From Salpingoeca rosetta (lineage: Eukaryota; Protista; Choanoflagellata): a DNA stretch of 64,000 bases. The translations under genes were made by a program, and so were the position numbers. The DNA lies in NCBI GenBank assembly GCA_033442325.1, contig JAWQFM010000026.1:467398-531397 (forward strand). The letters are read 5' to 3'. Within the stretch, counting starts at the first letter, position 1. Each line of letters begins with the position of its first letter. The notes below the pieces were generated by a model, which saw only the letters and a list, made by a program, of their open reading frames with translations, was not told where the DNA came from and searched no databases. Below, piece after piece: positions 21,818-40,629 of the stretch.

Positions 21818-24469
21818 ATGCGCTTTGCACTGCTGGTGGTGCTGTTGTTGCATCTTCTGCAGACGCTGTCGCTGCACTGTGCTGAAGCCGCACCGTCTCC
21901 GCAGGTGCAGTGGAGCACGGGCGACATATCGGGGCCCATATCTGTGGCACAGGATGTCATGCTGGAGTTTGACATGGACATTGTGCGCGGTGCAGGTGTC
22001 ATTACCATCACAGACGGCGGCAGCGACGTGCACACGGTGGCTGTGTCCGACATGTTCCACGTCTTCGTTGACGGCAACTGCTTGACCGTGAACCTGCCCA
22101 GCGACTTGCAGCCGAGCAGCACGTACTCCGTGCTCATGGATGCTGGTGCGGTGCGCGATGCGAGCAGCAACAGCGCATTTGTCGGTGTGGCCGACAACAC
22201 CACCATCACCTTCTCCACTGGCAGCGTCATCTACGCTGGACCGCTGGCGGGTGACGGCAAGTCTTCGGGCTCAGGCACGCTGGCTGACCCATACCAGTCC
22301 ATCGGCCACGCATCCATGCAAGCTGGGCCTGGTGACACGCTCTACATCACCTGGGATCGAAACAGCATCGCCAACAACAGCAACAGGTACAACCTGGCTG
22401 CCGTTGGCTCCGCAGCAGCGCCAGTCTTCATCAAGCCTGCGCCAGGTGTGACATGGCCATACCAGTTTGTGTTTGCCAACGCGTGGCGCCTGGACGGCAG
22501 CAGCCACGTCGTGATTGAGGAGTTCACCTTCGATGGCCGAGGCGCCCTCTTTTCACACGAGGAGATGCTGTGCAAGTATGTGTGGAACTCCAAAGACGCC
22601 AAAGCGCTTCTCGGCGGCATCGCCATCAACCTGCGTGATGCCACATACGTCCGCATCCGCAGCAACGTCTTCCAGCACCTTCAACAGAAGGCGGTGAACA
22701 TTGAAGACGGCAGATACGTCGCCATCGAGAACAACATCATCTACGACGTGGCCACCAAGTCTCTCAGTGGCGGCCACGGCATCATGCGTCAGCAAGGGAG
22801 CGGCACCTTCGGCACGCCCGACGTCGCCGACACGTACCGCTGGGACATTCGCGGCAACCTCATCTTCAACGTGGAGCAGCGCATCTACTCGTGGGTGCCC
22901 AGCAAGGGCTACCTCAACATGGTGCTCGACGAAGGCAAACCCATCAACGTTGATGAGACCGGCGATGTGGACATGACGACGCGCATCACCAACAACGTCA
23001 TTGCATACAGCGGCATTGATGCCATTCGCCTCAAGAACACGCCGAACCTGGAGGTTTCCCACAACTCCATCTACAGCGCTGACCCGCTCGGCGACGGCAT
23101 CACAGACCGCGACGTGAGCGGGTCCTTCGCAAACTTCACCATCCACCACAACCTCATCATGACTGCACCCAACACGTTCGCCCTTGAGCTGGATGACACC
23201 CTGCCAAACGCAGCGCACTCGTTTGGCAACGTCGTCTTGGGTGGCGCGATCAAGCCAGCCGAACTTCCAGGTGTGACCGCGGTCACCAACAGCATCATCA
23301 GCAGCCTGTTCGTTGACCCTGCGGGTGGTAACTTTACGCGTGCATCCGGTGTGCCTGTGCTTGGTGCTGGCGTGGATGATGGCGAGCTCCTGTTCCTGAT
23401 GACCATGGCCCGCAATCATAACATCTCGGTGCACCCAGACGACTGGGTTGCTGACCACGTCCGAGACGCCCAAACCCTTATCGACAACATGCCCAGCACC
23501 GTGTTCACGTCACGCGGGCAGCTCGGCCAATCCGCACTCGAGCCACACCGCATGGCGCTCTATGTGGGTGTGAACGCAACGTGGAAGCAAGAGTACGGTG
23601 CTGCTGCAAGCCAGGAGCTTGTTCTTCCCGAGGACTACTGCACTTGGCTTGACGCTGCAGCTGCACGATACAAGCAGGCCAACGGCAGCGACTACAACTG
23701 GATCCGGCATGGTGACAGCGTACTTGCACTCGACTACGCCGCGCGCAGTGGCGACCTGAGTGTGTATGTCGTGCAGACGCCACACACATACACGCAGACC
23801 CGCAAACTGGCACAGGCACAAAGCCCTGTCCACGTTGTACTCGCTGGCGATGCGGTGATTGACATGCGCAACGCAACTGGCCTGATGTCGTGCACTGCGT
23901 TTGACCTCGTGGTCGCGGACAGCGTGAGCGGCAGCTACGAGCGTGTGGTTGTGGATGGGCTTCCAACAAGTTGGACATACAGCGTGTCCGTCGTGCATGA
24001 GCAGTCTCCACTCGCTGCATCTGCTGGCGACACGGTGGATGTTATTCGCTTGACCATCGAGTCAAGCAATGACTCTTGCAGCTCTACAAGCACAGCGACT
24101 ACTATGCCATCTACCACCACCGCCACCGCCGCCACCACCACCACCACCACTACCACACATAATGGCCCCGGTGATGACGCAGGGTCTGGCACAAGTGCCA
24201 TGACTAGTGGTGCCATTGGCGGCCTCGTTGCTGGTGTGCTGGTGGGAGCTGGTATCGTCATTGCTATCGCCTTCAAACATGCCAATCCGGCCCGTCGCCA
24301 CAGTCGCGTGCGCTGCCAAACCACCACTGCCGCCGATGTTCCTCCTGGTACCGCTGCTGCTTCTGCTGATCAGCACACGGTGATCCCACTACAGGAAGCC
24401 CAGGGCTTTGTGATCGCCCACACGCAGGAGCAATTGAGCGTGCAGCCAAATAATCACAAGGGAGATTAA
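21818..24469 (+). CDS. Intronless type I membrane protein: signal peptide, bacterial Ig-like (SbsA/Big_5-type) domain, right-handed beta-helix (pectin-lyase-like), Thr-rich stalk, TM helix
   Basis: MRFALLVVLLLHLL signal; LEFDMDIVRGAGVITI...LTVNLPSDLQPSSTYSVLMDAGAVRD; GSGTLADPYQSIGHA...AGPGDTLYI; repeated IRSNVF/IENNII/IRGNLIF/ITNNVI/VSHNSI turns; FVDPAGGNF; poly-T; GAIGGLVAGVLVGAGIVIAIAF. Confidence 0.85.
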   Translation: MRFALLVVLLLHLLQTLSLHCAEAAPSPQVQWSTGDISGPISVAQDVMLEFDMDIVRGAGVITITDGGSDVHTVAVSDMFHVFVDGNCLTVNLPSDLQPSSTYSVLMDAGAVRDASSNSAFVGVADNTTITFSTGSVIYAGPLAGDGKSSGSGTLADPYQSIGHASMQAGPGDTLYITWDRNSIANNSNRYNLAAVGSAAAPVFIKPAPGVTWPYQFVFANAWRLDGSSHVVIEEFTFDGRGALFSHEEMLCKYVWNSKDAKALLGGIAINLRDATYVRIRSNVFQHLQQKAVNIEDGRYVAIENNIIYDVATKSLSGGHGIMRQQGSGTFGTPDVADTYRWDIRGNLIFNVEQRIYSWVPSKGYLNMVLDEGKPINVDETGDVDMTTRITNNVIAYSGIDAIRLKNTPNLEVSHNSIYSADPLGDGITDRDVSGSFANFTIHHNLIMTAPNTFALELDDTLPNAAHSFGNVVLGGAIKPAELPGVTAVTNSIISSLFVDPAGGNFTRASGVPVLGAGVDDGELLFLMTMARNHNISVHPDDWVADHVRDAQTLIDNMPSTVFTSRGQLGQSALEPHRMALYVGVNATWKQEYGAAASQELVLPEDYCTWLDAAAARYKQANGSDYNWIRHGDSVLALDYAARSGDLSVYVVQTPHTYTQTRKLAQAQSPVHVVLAGDAVIDMRNATGLMSCTAFDLVVADSVSGSYERVVVDGLPTSWTYSVSVVHEQSPLAASAGDTVDVIRLTIESSNDSCSSTSTATTMPSTTTATAATTTTTTTTHNGPGDDAGSGTSAMTSGAIGGLVAGVLVGAGIVIAIAFKHANPARRHSRVRCQTTTAADVPPGTAAASADQHTVIPLQEAQGFVIAHTQEQLSVQPNNHKGD

Positions 24470-24623
24470 GGATAAGATGACAAGGTGGCCATGGTGTGAT
24501 GGGGTGGGGTGGCTGAGAATGCCGCTCATGGACGGCAGCTTGATGTAACTTGAGGCTTCCTCCTGCTCTTCCCTCGTTGCAACTTTACTCTGACCTCTGT
24601 CTGTCTGTCTCTGTCTGTCTGTC

Positions 24624-24655
<32 letters not shown>

Positions 24656-24881
24656 ACTCACTCTCACTCACTCTCACTCACTCACTCTCTCTCTCTCTCT
24701 CTCTCTCACACTCTCTCTCTCTCANNNNNNNNNNNNNNNNNNNNNNNNNNNNNNNNNNNNNNNNNNNNNNNNNNNNNNNNNNNNNNNNNNNNNNNNNNNN
24801 NNNNNNNNNNNNNNNNNNNNNNNNTCACTCTTTTCTCACTGTCACAGCACACATTGTCTTTCTTTCTCACACACACACACA

Positions 24882-24999
<118 letters not shown>

Positions 25000-25157
25000 C
25001 TCGTTGATGCGAAATGCAACCGTCATGTGTATTCGGGTTCAGACTGTCAAATTAAACGGTCACCTAGTAGACTGCGACAAGGGAAACCACACAGCGCCCA
25101 CACCACCAATACTGGCACATCACATCACATCACGCTACGTTGCACATCACGTCACTC

Positions 25158-30836
<5,679 letters not shown>

Positions 30837-30943
30837 GTCTGTCTTGTCCTGTGTGTGCTGAAAATTGGATGAAATTATTCACCAATCGCCAAAACTTGCC
30901 TTCCTTGCCACGACAACAGAACACAACTCACGACAACGAGAGC
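30837..30943. promoter_or_regulatory. Putative bidirectional promoter ORC1/SNRNP27
   Basis: Only 107 bp between divergent ATGs; AT-richer; contains CCAATCGCCAAAA (30882-30894). Confidence 0.55.
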
Positions 30944-32119
30944 ATGCCGCGTTCACCGTCGCGTTCACGCTCGCGCTCGCCCGTGCGTCGACGAGAGAGT
31001 CGGCGGGAGGGAAGCCCTTCGCCCGACAGCAGACGACGCAGGAGGCACTCGCGCAGCCCAGACGATGATCGCCACCGCCACCGTAAGCGCCACGCTTGTG
31101 CTTTCCGTTTTGCTGCCTGTGGCAATAAGCGAGTGCGAACGACCTCCATCTGTTGCCACTTCACTGTGCACTTGGGTACACGCTTCACTCTTTGCGTGCA
31201 CGGCTTTTGCTTGCACCTCCATCATGCGCTCATACGCACACACACACACACACAACATACGCAGGCGACGATGATGACGACCGCCGCAGGAGGTCATCGC
31301 GCGACGACCGGGACCGCTCCCACCGCCGTCGCCACGACGACGATGACGACTCTTATGACAGGCGGCGTGACAGGGACCACGACAGAGAGCATCGTCGCGA
31401 CCGTGACCGTGACCGTGACCGTGACCGCGACCGCAACAGGGATGAGCGCGACAGAGGGCGTGACAGGGATGAGCGCGACAGACGGGACAGGGACAGGGAT
31501 TATGACAAGCGTCGTGACCGCGACCATGACGACAGAGGCCGGGGCCGTGATGAAGACCGGCGTCGCAACAGAGACGACCGAGGAGAGCATGAGGACAAGG
31601 ACAAGAGGCGGGAGAAGGATGACGGCGACCACGGCGCTGTCGGTAAGGTGCACATTCGGAAGCAGGCGGTGTTTTGTGGACTGTTGTGATGCAGTGGGGG
31701 TAGGGTCTGCGTTAACGTTGGCCACAGGTTGCTGAAATGTGGTGCTTTGTTGTTGTTGCTACTGTTCTTTCGCTCACCTCTTCCACTTGTGCATGTTCCT
31801 TCGCCGCCACGTTCAAACCCAAGACGAAGTGGATGCAGACGTAAGTGTTCAGCAGCGGGCATGTTATGTGTGTGTGTGTTTGTGTGTGTGTCTGTGTCTG
31901 TGCGTGTGTCTGTGTCTGTGCGTGCGGTTGTGTGTAGGTGTTCATGTGCGCATGTGTGCATATGCACTTTATGGGATGGTACATTGACGTGGGTGCATGT
32001 TCAACCCACAGGATGAAGAGGCTGTGATGTCCATGCTCGGGTTTGGCGGCTTTGGAACAACAAAAGGTGAACGAACACGTAACATGAAATGACATGACTG
32101 AACGCTTGGGTCTGTGTGG

Positions 32120-32181
<62 letters not shown>

Positions 32182-32752
32182 ATGTGCCTCTGTGTGTGTG
32201 TGTGTGTCTGTGTGTGTCTGTTGCTGTGTCTGTGTGTGAGGCCATGCATTGTGTTCATCTTTGTGTATGTGCGGTTTGGGATTAACACTCCCAATAACAG
32301 CACCTTCCCTCTCACTGTCTCACGTTTCTTTGTCCGCCCCCTCCTCCTGTCAGGGCAACACGTTGATGGCAACGCGGAGGGATTTGTCATGAAGCGCAGG
32401 GCCAAGTCGCGCAAGTTCAGGTGCGCACGCGTCTGTCGAGAGATTTGGAGACGGAGGGGGTGAAGAAACGGAGTTGTGGTGGTGGGGCGTTGTGGCTGCT
32501 GCTTGCGCTTAGATGATGACGTGCACACACACGCGCGCATGTGTACACATGTGCGCACGCATGAACCCCCGCATGGCAGCTCGCACTTGCGTTGCAATAG
32601 CAGCTGGCACATGAGTGCCCCCTTTGACACGTGTCCACACATGCATGACTGCATGCGTGCATGTGCTCACCTTGTGTGCATGTGTTTGGTTCTGCAGGCA
32701 ATACATGAACAGGAAAGGCGGTTTCAACCGGCCCCTCGACTTTGTGCAGTAG
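30944..32752 (+). CDS. SNRNP27: U4/U6.U5 tri-snRNP 27 kDa protein
   Basis: RS/RD-rich N-terminus; MSMLGFGGFGTTK|GQHV; RKFR|QYMNRKGGFNRPLDFVQ* hallmark C-terminus. Confidence 0.95.
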
Positions 32753-33089
32753 ACGACATGAGCGTTCACACACACACATACACACACACACACTCTCTCT
32801 CTCTCTCTCACTCACACACACGTTGTTTGTGTTGTTCGCTTGTCGTTTCATGCCCGACATTGTGTTTCACCCAAATGGTCTCGTGTGTCCATTTGTTGAG
32901 CCGCATGTCAGTGCGCGGCCCGTTGTCGTTCATCTGTGGTGCTGTTTGTGCACGTGTTTGGTTGTCCCACACACACCAAGAAGAAGAAGCCAAGGTACCA
33001 CGACTGTTGTTTGTTCTGTGTCGTAGACTTCTTCATTGAAAGGGAACGAGAATGTGGAAAAAATTGACACTCTGCAAGACAAGTTTCAC

Positions 33090-33188
<99 letters not shown>

Positions 33189-33263
33189 GCCAGTACACCT
33201 TGAAACCGTTCGCCACCAACAACCCATACAAATGCATTTCACCCCATACAGACGCATGCCACC

Positions 33264-35430
33264 TCATACGATGGGCGGGCCACCAATGCCCCCGGGCCGG
33301 CCTGGTGGCGGCGGTGGCGGTGCACCAAACTGATCATGCTGCTGCTGCTGCTGTGGTGGCTGTGGTGGCCCCCCTTGGTGCTGTGGTGGCGGTGGTGGCG
33401 GTGGGCCGTTAGGATTCCACCCGGGCCCGCCGGGGCGACCAGGTGGGATTGGCGGCGGCCCTGACGACGAAGATGCTGGTGGTGCTGGTGGCGCCTGCGA
33501 GTGTGGGGGCGGCGGTCCGCCGCTGCTAGTGGGCGGGGCCTCGTGTGTGGGGCGATGGTCCACGGGAGGGCCCAGTGGCGGCGGCGCTCCAAACTGATCA
33601 CGGCTGCCACCACCGCCACCACCGCCGCTACCGGGTGGGCCACCGGGTGGTGGTGGCCGCGGCCCGCCAAAGCCGCCTGGGGGCCGGTGGTGGTGATGGT
33701 GGTGGTGGTGGTGCGGGGGCGGGGGGCCACCGGGGAACGGGGGCCGCGGCGGGAAGGGGGGACGATCACGCATCATATGTGGCGGCATCGGGGGCCGGCC
33801 GTGCATGGGCCGCATGTGGGGCGGCGGCGGGCCAAAGCGGTCGCGTGGAGGACCAAAGGGGCGCGGGCCTCGCATGCGATCTGGTGGTGGTGATGGTGGG
33901 TGATGGCGGTGATGGGTGATGGCGGTGATGGTGGTGAAAATCAAGCAGTGGCATGCGGACCACGGAGGGTGATTCAGACGGTTTTGACACGCAACACGAG
34001 CAAATACACACATACAAGCACGTGCGCCACTGTTTGCTAGCACAGGCAAGTGCACTGACCAAAGCCGCCTGGGGGACCACCGGGGGGACCGCCGGGGGGA
34101 CCGCCGGGGGGACCTCCTGGCATGGGACCCATCGGACCTGGTGATGTTGACGACAATGCATCACAGAGAGCGGTGCGCACACATATGTACAGACGCACGC
34201 ACGCACACGCACGCACACAATCAAACACGCACACACGCACACACATCAGACAGGAGTGTGAGTGAAAGAGGCACGTGAGCTGCTTATGCAGTGAGGAGTC
34301 AACCAATCAAAGCAGCACAGGAAAAGGGCCGTGTATTACGTGGTGGGGGCATGCCACGTGGCCCGGGCCCTTGATGATTGAAAAAGAGCCACAAAGCGCA
34401 AGTCAAACAACGATGACAGGTGATGAAGGTACATTGCAACGTCAGGTGCGTAAGCATGGGTTTTGCGGATGAGGGATGAGGCCAGCAGTATAATGTCACA
34501 GGCGAGAATGGGATGCGTGCAGTGTGTATGTGTGTGTGTGTTGTGTGTGTTGTGTGTGTGTGTGTGTGTGTTGTGTGTGTTGTGTGTGTTGTTTCGTCCA
34601 TCTGGCGTGGTTAGTGGTGGCAGCTTGCACTGCGCTGTCTTACCCATGTTGGAAGCGCCATCTATCCCAAGGACAAGATCACCAAACGCAGAAAACAAAA
34701 GCATGCATGAGTGTCAGAAAGCTCGGAGTGCTCAACACACACACATGCACATACACATGCATATACACATATACACATGCATACATACACATGTACACAC
34801 GAGCATGTGCGCGAGAGAAACCAGCACAGCAGCAGGGGGACGTACATTTCTCGCGCTCCTCTGGTGACGCTTCGTCGAGCCAGGTGCGGTAATAGTGGAT
34901 CACTGCATCCTTGTGCTTGCGACCGGTGTTGTGTGTCTTACGCACGGACGGCTGCACACGTGTGTGGGGACACAAACGCAGACGTGAACATGGGCGTGCA
35001 TGAGGGCATCGACGGTAGTGAGTGGAGACGTGCACAGCGTATGGGCAAAGCACAAACAAACACACACATTCAACGGCTTGCATTGCTCACCGAGTCGTGC
35101 GTGAGGAAGGTGTCGCAGTAATCGCAGTAGTACCTGACGAATGTGTGTGTGTGTGTGTGTGTGTGTGTTGGGGGGGCGAGGGTCAGTGCGGACTCAGTGT
35201 GGCATACGCAGAGACGCACAAACGGAGAGACGCATGTTCACACAAACACTCGCTCTTTCGCTCTTTCTCACTCACACACTCACACACACACACACTCATA
35301 CACACGGAACATACACACACAAACACACACAAGCACACATACACACAAGCACACACTCTCAACACACACACACTCAACACACACTCAACACACACACACA
35401 TACACATCGCACATGCACTCACCGTGGCAT
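33264..35430 (-). CDS. SNRPC: U1 snRNP protein C
   Basis: Spliced MPR|[14 protein letters not shown]|[21 protein letters not shown] zinc finger followed by a Pro/Gly/Met-rich tail. Confidence 0.95.
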
Positions 35431-35628
35431 GGTGCTGGTTCAGTGGTGAGGGAGCTGTCGAACGAACGTTCCACCACAGACACAGACGCAGCCGTGGATA
35501 ATGACGATTGGCGAAAGATTTGGGCCAAATTCCATCAATCCACGCCACGATACAGCCAACAACACACGCACGCACGCACGCTTCCACCACAACAGCAGCA
35601 CGCACAAGCACAACACCAACCAGGCAAG

Positions 35629-36096
35629 ATGAGCGAGGCAAAGCCGGCAGGGCCGAAGAACACGACAACGGACAAGGGCCAGTGCGCCAACACAACGTGC
35701 ACCACAGAGAGCACAAAGCGGTGTGCAAGATGTAAGGTGGTGTTCTACTGTTCACGGGAGTGCCAGCGCGCGCATTGGCCCAAGCACAAGGCGGACTGCC
35801 GCCTGTTCAGCCAGCTGCCGGAGAAGCCCAACGTGAACGAGGAAGAAGAGGTCGTCAAGACACACCACCGCGAGTTCCGGCGTATCGTGCACAAGTACGG
35901 TTTGGACAAGGGCGACAAGGCAGACCTGCTGGCAGACTTTCTCACAGACAGCTCACAGAACAAGAGCATCAGCCCGGATGCGCTGGCGGAGAAGTTTGAC
36001 ATTCCACGTGGCGACGCGTCAACGCTTCTGGCATGGGTCGACGTTGCCCTCAGATTTAAGGAAGCGAACCTCGACAAGCCGCAGGACAAGCAATAG
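35629..36096 (+). CDS. MYND zinc-finger protein, intronless, 155 aa
   Basis: CANTTC...[28 protein letters not shown]. Confidence 0.9.
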   Translation: MSEAKPAGPKNTTTDKGQCANTTCTTESTKRCARCKVVFYCSRECQRAHWPKHKADCRLFSQLPEKPNVNEEEEVVKTHHREFRRIVHKYGLDKGDKADLLADFLTDSSQNKSISPDALAEKFDIPRGDASTLLAWVDVALRFKEANLDKPQDKQ

Positions 36097-36183
36097 GCAC
36101 GACCACTTGAAACAAGCCTGCCTCAGGCCAATTCTGTTTGCCCTCCGTCAAGTGATAGATGCCCTTGTTACACATTCGGCTTT

Positions 36184-36264
<81 letters not shown>

Positions 36265-37538
36265 GTGTGTGTGCAGGTGTGTGTGTGTGTGTGTGTGTGT
36301 GCAGGTGTGTACAGGTGTGTACAGGTGTGCGAGCTCATGGATCATTGCGGTCATGTGAACTGACTGATAGACCCCTCCCTCGTCATCCCCGCTGTATTCA
36401 CTCCCCCTTGTCTCTTCCCTGTCCCTCCTTGCTTGTCTTGCCGCCCCGTTGGCGTGTGTATTGAGTGGGCTGTACGTTGGTTTGGGGCATAAGCAAAAGC
36501 CGCCCGCCTACCCGCGTGTGCGTGTGCATAGACGTTCGCGAGAAGAGCAGGTGGCAAAACGACCACAACAACAACAGACAGAGAGGGGGAGGGGGCGAGG
36601 AAAAAGGGGCGCTTGTATGTGCAAACGTACGGCCAGTACACGGTTGGGAGAGGATAATAAACGTCAGCGCGCATGCTACAACAACAACAACATCACAACA
36701 GTCGAGAAAGAGGCAACAAGACACCGGCAGGGGGGAGGTGGTCATGAAAGACTTGTGGGTGTGCGATCACGCAAGCAACCAAGCAAGCAAGAAACAACAA
36801 GCAACAAATGACAGGGCGCATTCAAGCAAGCACATTGGCGCGCAGGAACAACGAATGACCAGCATAGCATGGCAGGGCAGACACAGAAAGGCGGGGAACA
36901 GGATAGGAGAGACGGGAGAATAGTGCGAAGGATGAACGGTGAAAGGTGAACGGTGAAATGTTGACTACGGCACACAAATGAATGTCAACATATGGAAGCC
37001 AATTCAGCGGCGTCAAGGAAATAAGATCAAGGGGTGGGATACCAGTGATTTGGTCGACAACGATGCAAGCACAGCAAGCACGAAGAAAAGAAAGAACAGC
37101 TACAACAGCTACAACAACAGCAATAGCAGCATGAAAACAAACAGTGCCGCGACAACAACAACAAAAAAAAAAAAAAAACGGGATGAGTTAGTGGGGCGGG
37201 CGTGTAAGGAGAGGAAGGCAGGCGTCAGATACAAAAGCTTGCATTTACACGTTGGCAAGCAGACCAACAGCCAAACACAAACGGAATGCGTTGGGGAAAC
37301 ATGGTAAAACAGGTGTGAGCTCGTTTGAGAGGACATGAAGACACGGAGGAGGAGAAGGAGGAGACGGAGAAGGAGGAGAAGCAACGGCACTCGCGTGGCC
37401 GATGGCGACAAGTACGCGATGCAGTGGGGTGGGCAAAGAAGGATGGTGGCAGTGCAACGCATTGTGCGCACGTCAGCGTGGCACGTGGTCTGGGATATAT
37501 CGGCATCCACGCACCAACGTGCTCGCGTGCTCGCGGGC

Positions 37539-40500
37539 TCACACCATCACCACGTTCGATGCTGCCGTTGGCGTGGCTGCATCTGCTGTTACTGATGTTG
37601 CTGATGTTGGTGCTGGCGCGGTAGGGGTGCGAGCGTCGACGTCTTGGTCAGCAGAGGAAGATGTGTCCTCCATCACCACGGTTGCGTGCCCACCCATCAC
37701 ACCATTGCCACTGTCATTTCCATTTCCATTGCCGTTCACGTGCACGGCGCCCTCCAACTTGACGGCCGCCGCTTTGCCGGCTGTTTGCTCCTCCTGCTGC
37801 GCCTGTGTCTTCTTCTCTGCTGCACTGGGCTCGTGCTTGCTCTGCTCCGCGTTGCCCTCCGTGGCTGTGCCGTCATCCTCCTCTCCTTGAGCGTTTTCCT
37901 TTGTCTCCGCTGACGCCTTCTCACCATCATCCCCTCCATCCTCCCCACCCTTCTTCTTCCCTTCCTCGCCACCCTTCTGCTCCTCACCAGCACGACTGCC
38001 ATCGCGGTCGTCATCACCGCCTGCTGCAGCCTCAAACACATCCCCATCATCTTCGTCATCATCATCATCATCACGATTGTTGTCGTCGTTGCCGCGCGCG
38101 TTGCCTGCAGGCACGATCGGCGCCAGGCTGAACGTCGTGATCTTCCGCGGCTGCGCCGTTACCACCTCTGCTGCGCCGCTGCTGCCATCACCACCACCCG
38201 ACCCAGTGGCTGCAGCGTTGGGAGTGAGCGAAAACGTCGTGGTCTTGACGGTGCGCGTTGTTGTTGCCTCGGCAGCCGTCACCCCCGTGCGAAGCGGGGA
38301 CGGCCTCACACCACCGCCACTGCCGCTCGCGGTGTTACTGCTCGTGCTGCTGCTGGGACTGCTGGCGCCACTGCCACTGCCACCACCGCGCTGCGTGCTG
38401 CCGTTGCGCTGCCCCTGATGTTGGCGATGGCGGCCACGTGACTGCGGGGACGTGCTGTCGGACTCGCGCGGGCTGGTGCTGCGGCTCAGGCCGTGCACGT
38501 CTGCACTCTTCTGCACCACATGCGTCACCTCCGCTTCCTGGAACGCCTGTGGTGTGTTATGCGTGTGTGTTATGTGTGTGTTATGTGTGTGCGTATGTTA
38601 TGTGTGTGTGGTGTGTTATGTATGTGTGTGTTTGTGTGTGTGTGTTATGCGTGTGTTTGTGTGTGTGTGTGAGTGTTATGTATGTGCGTGTTGTATGTGT
38701 GTGTGTGTGTGATGAGAAATGTACAAAAAAAAAAGTGACGGGAGAGGGTTCGTGTGTTGAACATCACAGAGGGCCCAAGCAGGGACGTCAAGCCATGCAC
38801 ATACAGAAAGCACAGGCAAGCATTGCGAGTATGGGTGTGCGTGTTGCTGACCAACGACTCACCAGCTCATACATGTGATACAGCCGCTTGCCAAACAGCT
38901 TCCGCGCAGTGTTGTTGCATTTGCCTGCAGTTGTGTTGCGTGTGTGTGAATGTGTGTGAATGTGTGTGAATGTTTGTGAATGTGTGTGTGTGTGTGTGAA
39001 CGTTTGTGAATGGTTGTGAATGGTTGTGTGTGAATGTTTGTGAATGTGTGTGCATGAAAGAGACAGAGACGACAAAATATACAAGCACCCTCAAAACAAA
39101 CACACACACACACGGTTTTCGGCAAACGCTCACTCCTCGCGTTGCTTCGCACGTACCGCAGCAGCAGTCGAAGCAAAAGCAGCAGCAGCAGCAAAAGTAG
39201 CCCAGCGTCAGCGCCCCAACGACGTTGAACATAAACTGATAGATGCAAGCAGACGGAGCACAGCAAGGCGACGTGTGTCGACAGTGCAAGCCGTTTGCAC
39301 GTGAGTGCATTCTTACGCTGGCACTGCACGCACCAGTGGACAGTGCATCGAACCATCGTACACAATCACGCACACATGCATACATCCACACAAACATCTA
39401 CACGTACACATGCAAACACACACACGCACGCACGCACGTGCAGAAACACAGATGACGACAGCTTGCGACAAAGCGACACTTCATCTTGCTCGCTCCCTTC
39501 CCTCCTATGCCACGACACCTTGGCGCAGGGGCTGCAGTGGAGCTCGTCGTCGTCAACCTGCGTCTGCTGGATCTGGTCGGCCACGTGCAGGCCTTTGAAG
39601 CCGAGCTTGTCGTACACATCGCGCGTCACCGGCGAGGAGAGCACGTTGAATGCACAGCGCACCCGTTGGAACTGCACAGGAACATGAACCAGGGTTAGAT
39701 TGCGCGGCATGATGGGGTGGGGAGTGGGGAGGTTGCCGGCAATGGGGTGTAGAGTGGGGAGGACGATGGGAGGGGGGTGAGATGTGATGTGTGCAGTGCA
39801 GTGGAGGGGGAAAGATCATGTGTGGAATACAGCGGGTAACATGTTGAAAAGTAGAGGAACATGTGATGTGAACAAGAATGAAGGATGAGATGACGGCTGC
39901 TGGTGCAGCAGCAAGGAGGAATCGTGTCAGCGAGCGCACCTCTGCTTGCGTGTCTGCGCCTGGGTTCTTGTCTGGATGTAGCCGAACCGCAAGCTGTTGG
40001 CCGAGAAAAGTGGGGAACAAACCAAAGTGGTGTAGCGCAGAGACGAAACGCAGATGAGATGTAGGCATCGCACACACGTACGTATTGGACGAGTGTGAGT
40101 GTGGGGGTGACCAGAAGATGCACGTGCTCTGTGGAGTGTCTGTCGCCAGACAACCGCATGCACACATGATGTGAGTGAAACTGACCTTGCGGTAGCACTT
40201 CTTGATATCATCTTGTGTGGCATCCCGTGGAATGTTCAGCACATCGTACAGCGTCTTGCCAGACGCTTCAATGCTGGGTGAAGAAATAGGGAGTGGAGTG
40301 TCAAGGTGTTCGTGGGAAGACTTGTGCACGAGAAGACAAGGCTTTCATTCACACACACACATGCGCACACACGTACACACACACACGTACACACACACGC
40401 ACGCACACACACGCACACGTATACACACACACGCACGTACACACATGCAGGTCAAGAACCGACACCGCCAAGGTGGTCCGCAGAAGCGCAAGGGTTCACA

Positions 40501-40629
40501 GAGCCACACCACCACGACGAACAGAACCACAACATGCGTCACTCACTCCCTGAGGACTTCGACTTGGAATTTGTCTGCTGCCCTTGTTTCCAGGATTTGC
40601 TGGCTGGTTCGCCTTTCACGTTCTCCCAT
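37539..40629 (-). CDS. DNAJC5: Cysteine string protein (DNAJC5/CSP-like J-domain co-chaperone) with long acidic low-complexity tail
   Basis: SGKTLYDVLNIPRDATQDDIKKCYRK|LAVRLHPDKNP; FNVLSSPVTRDVYDKLGFKGLHVADQ; cysteine string YFCCCCCFCFDCCCG|KC. Confidence 0.85.
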
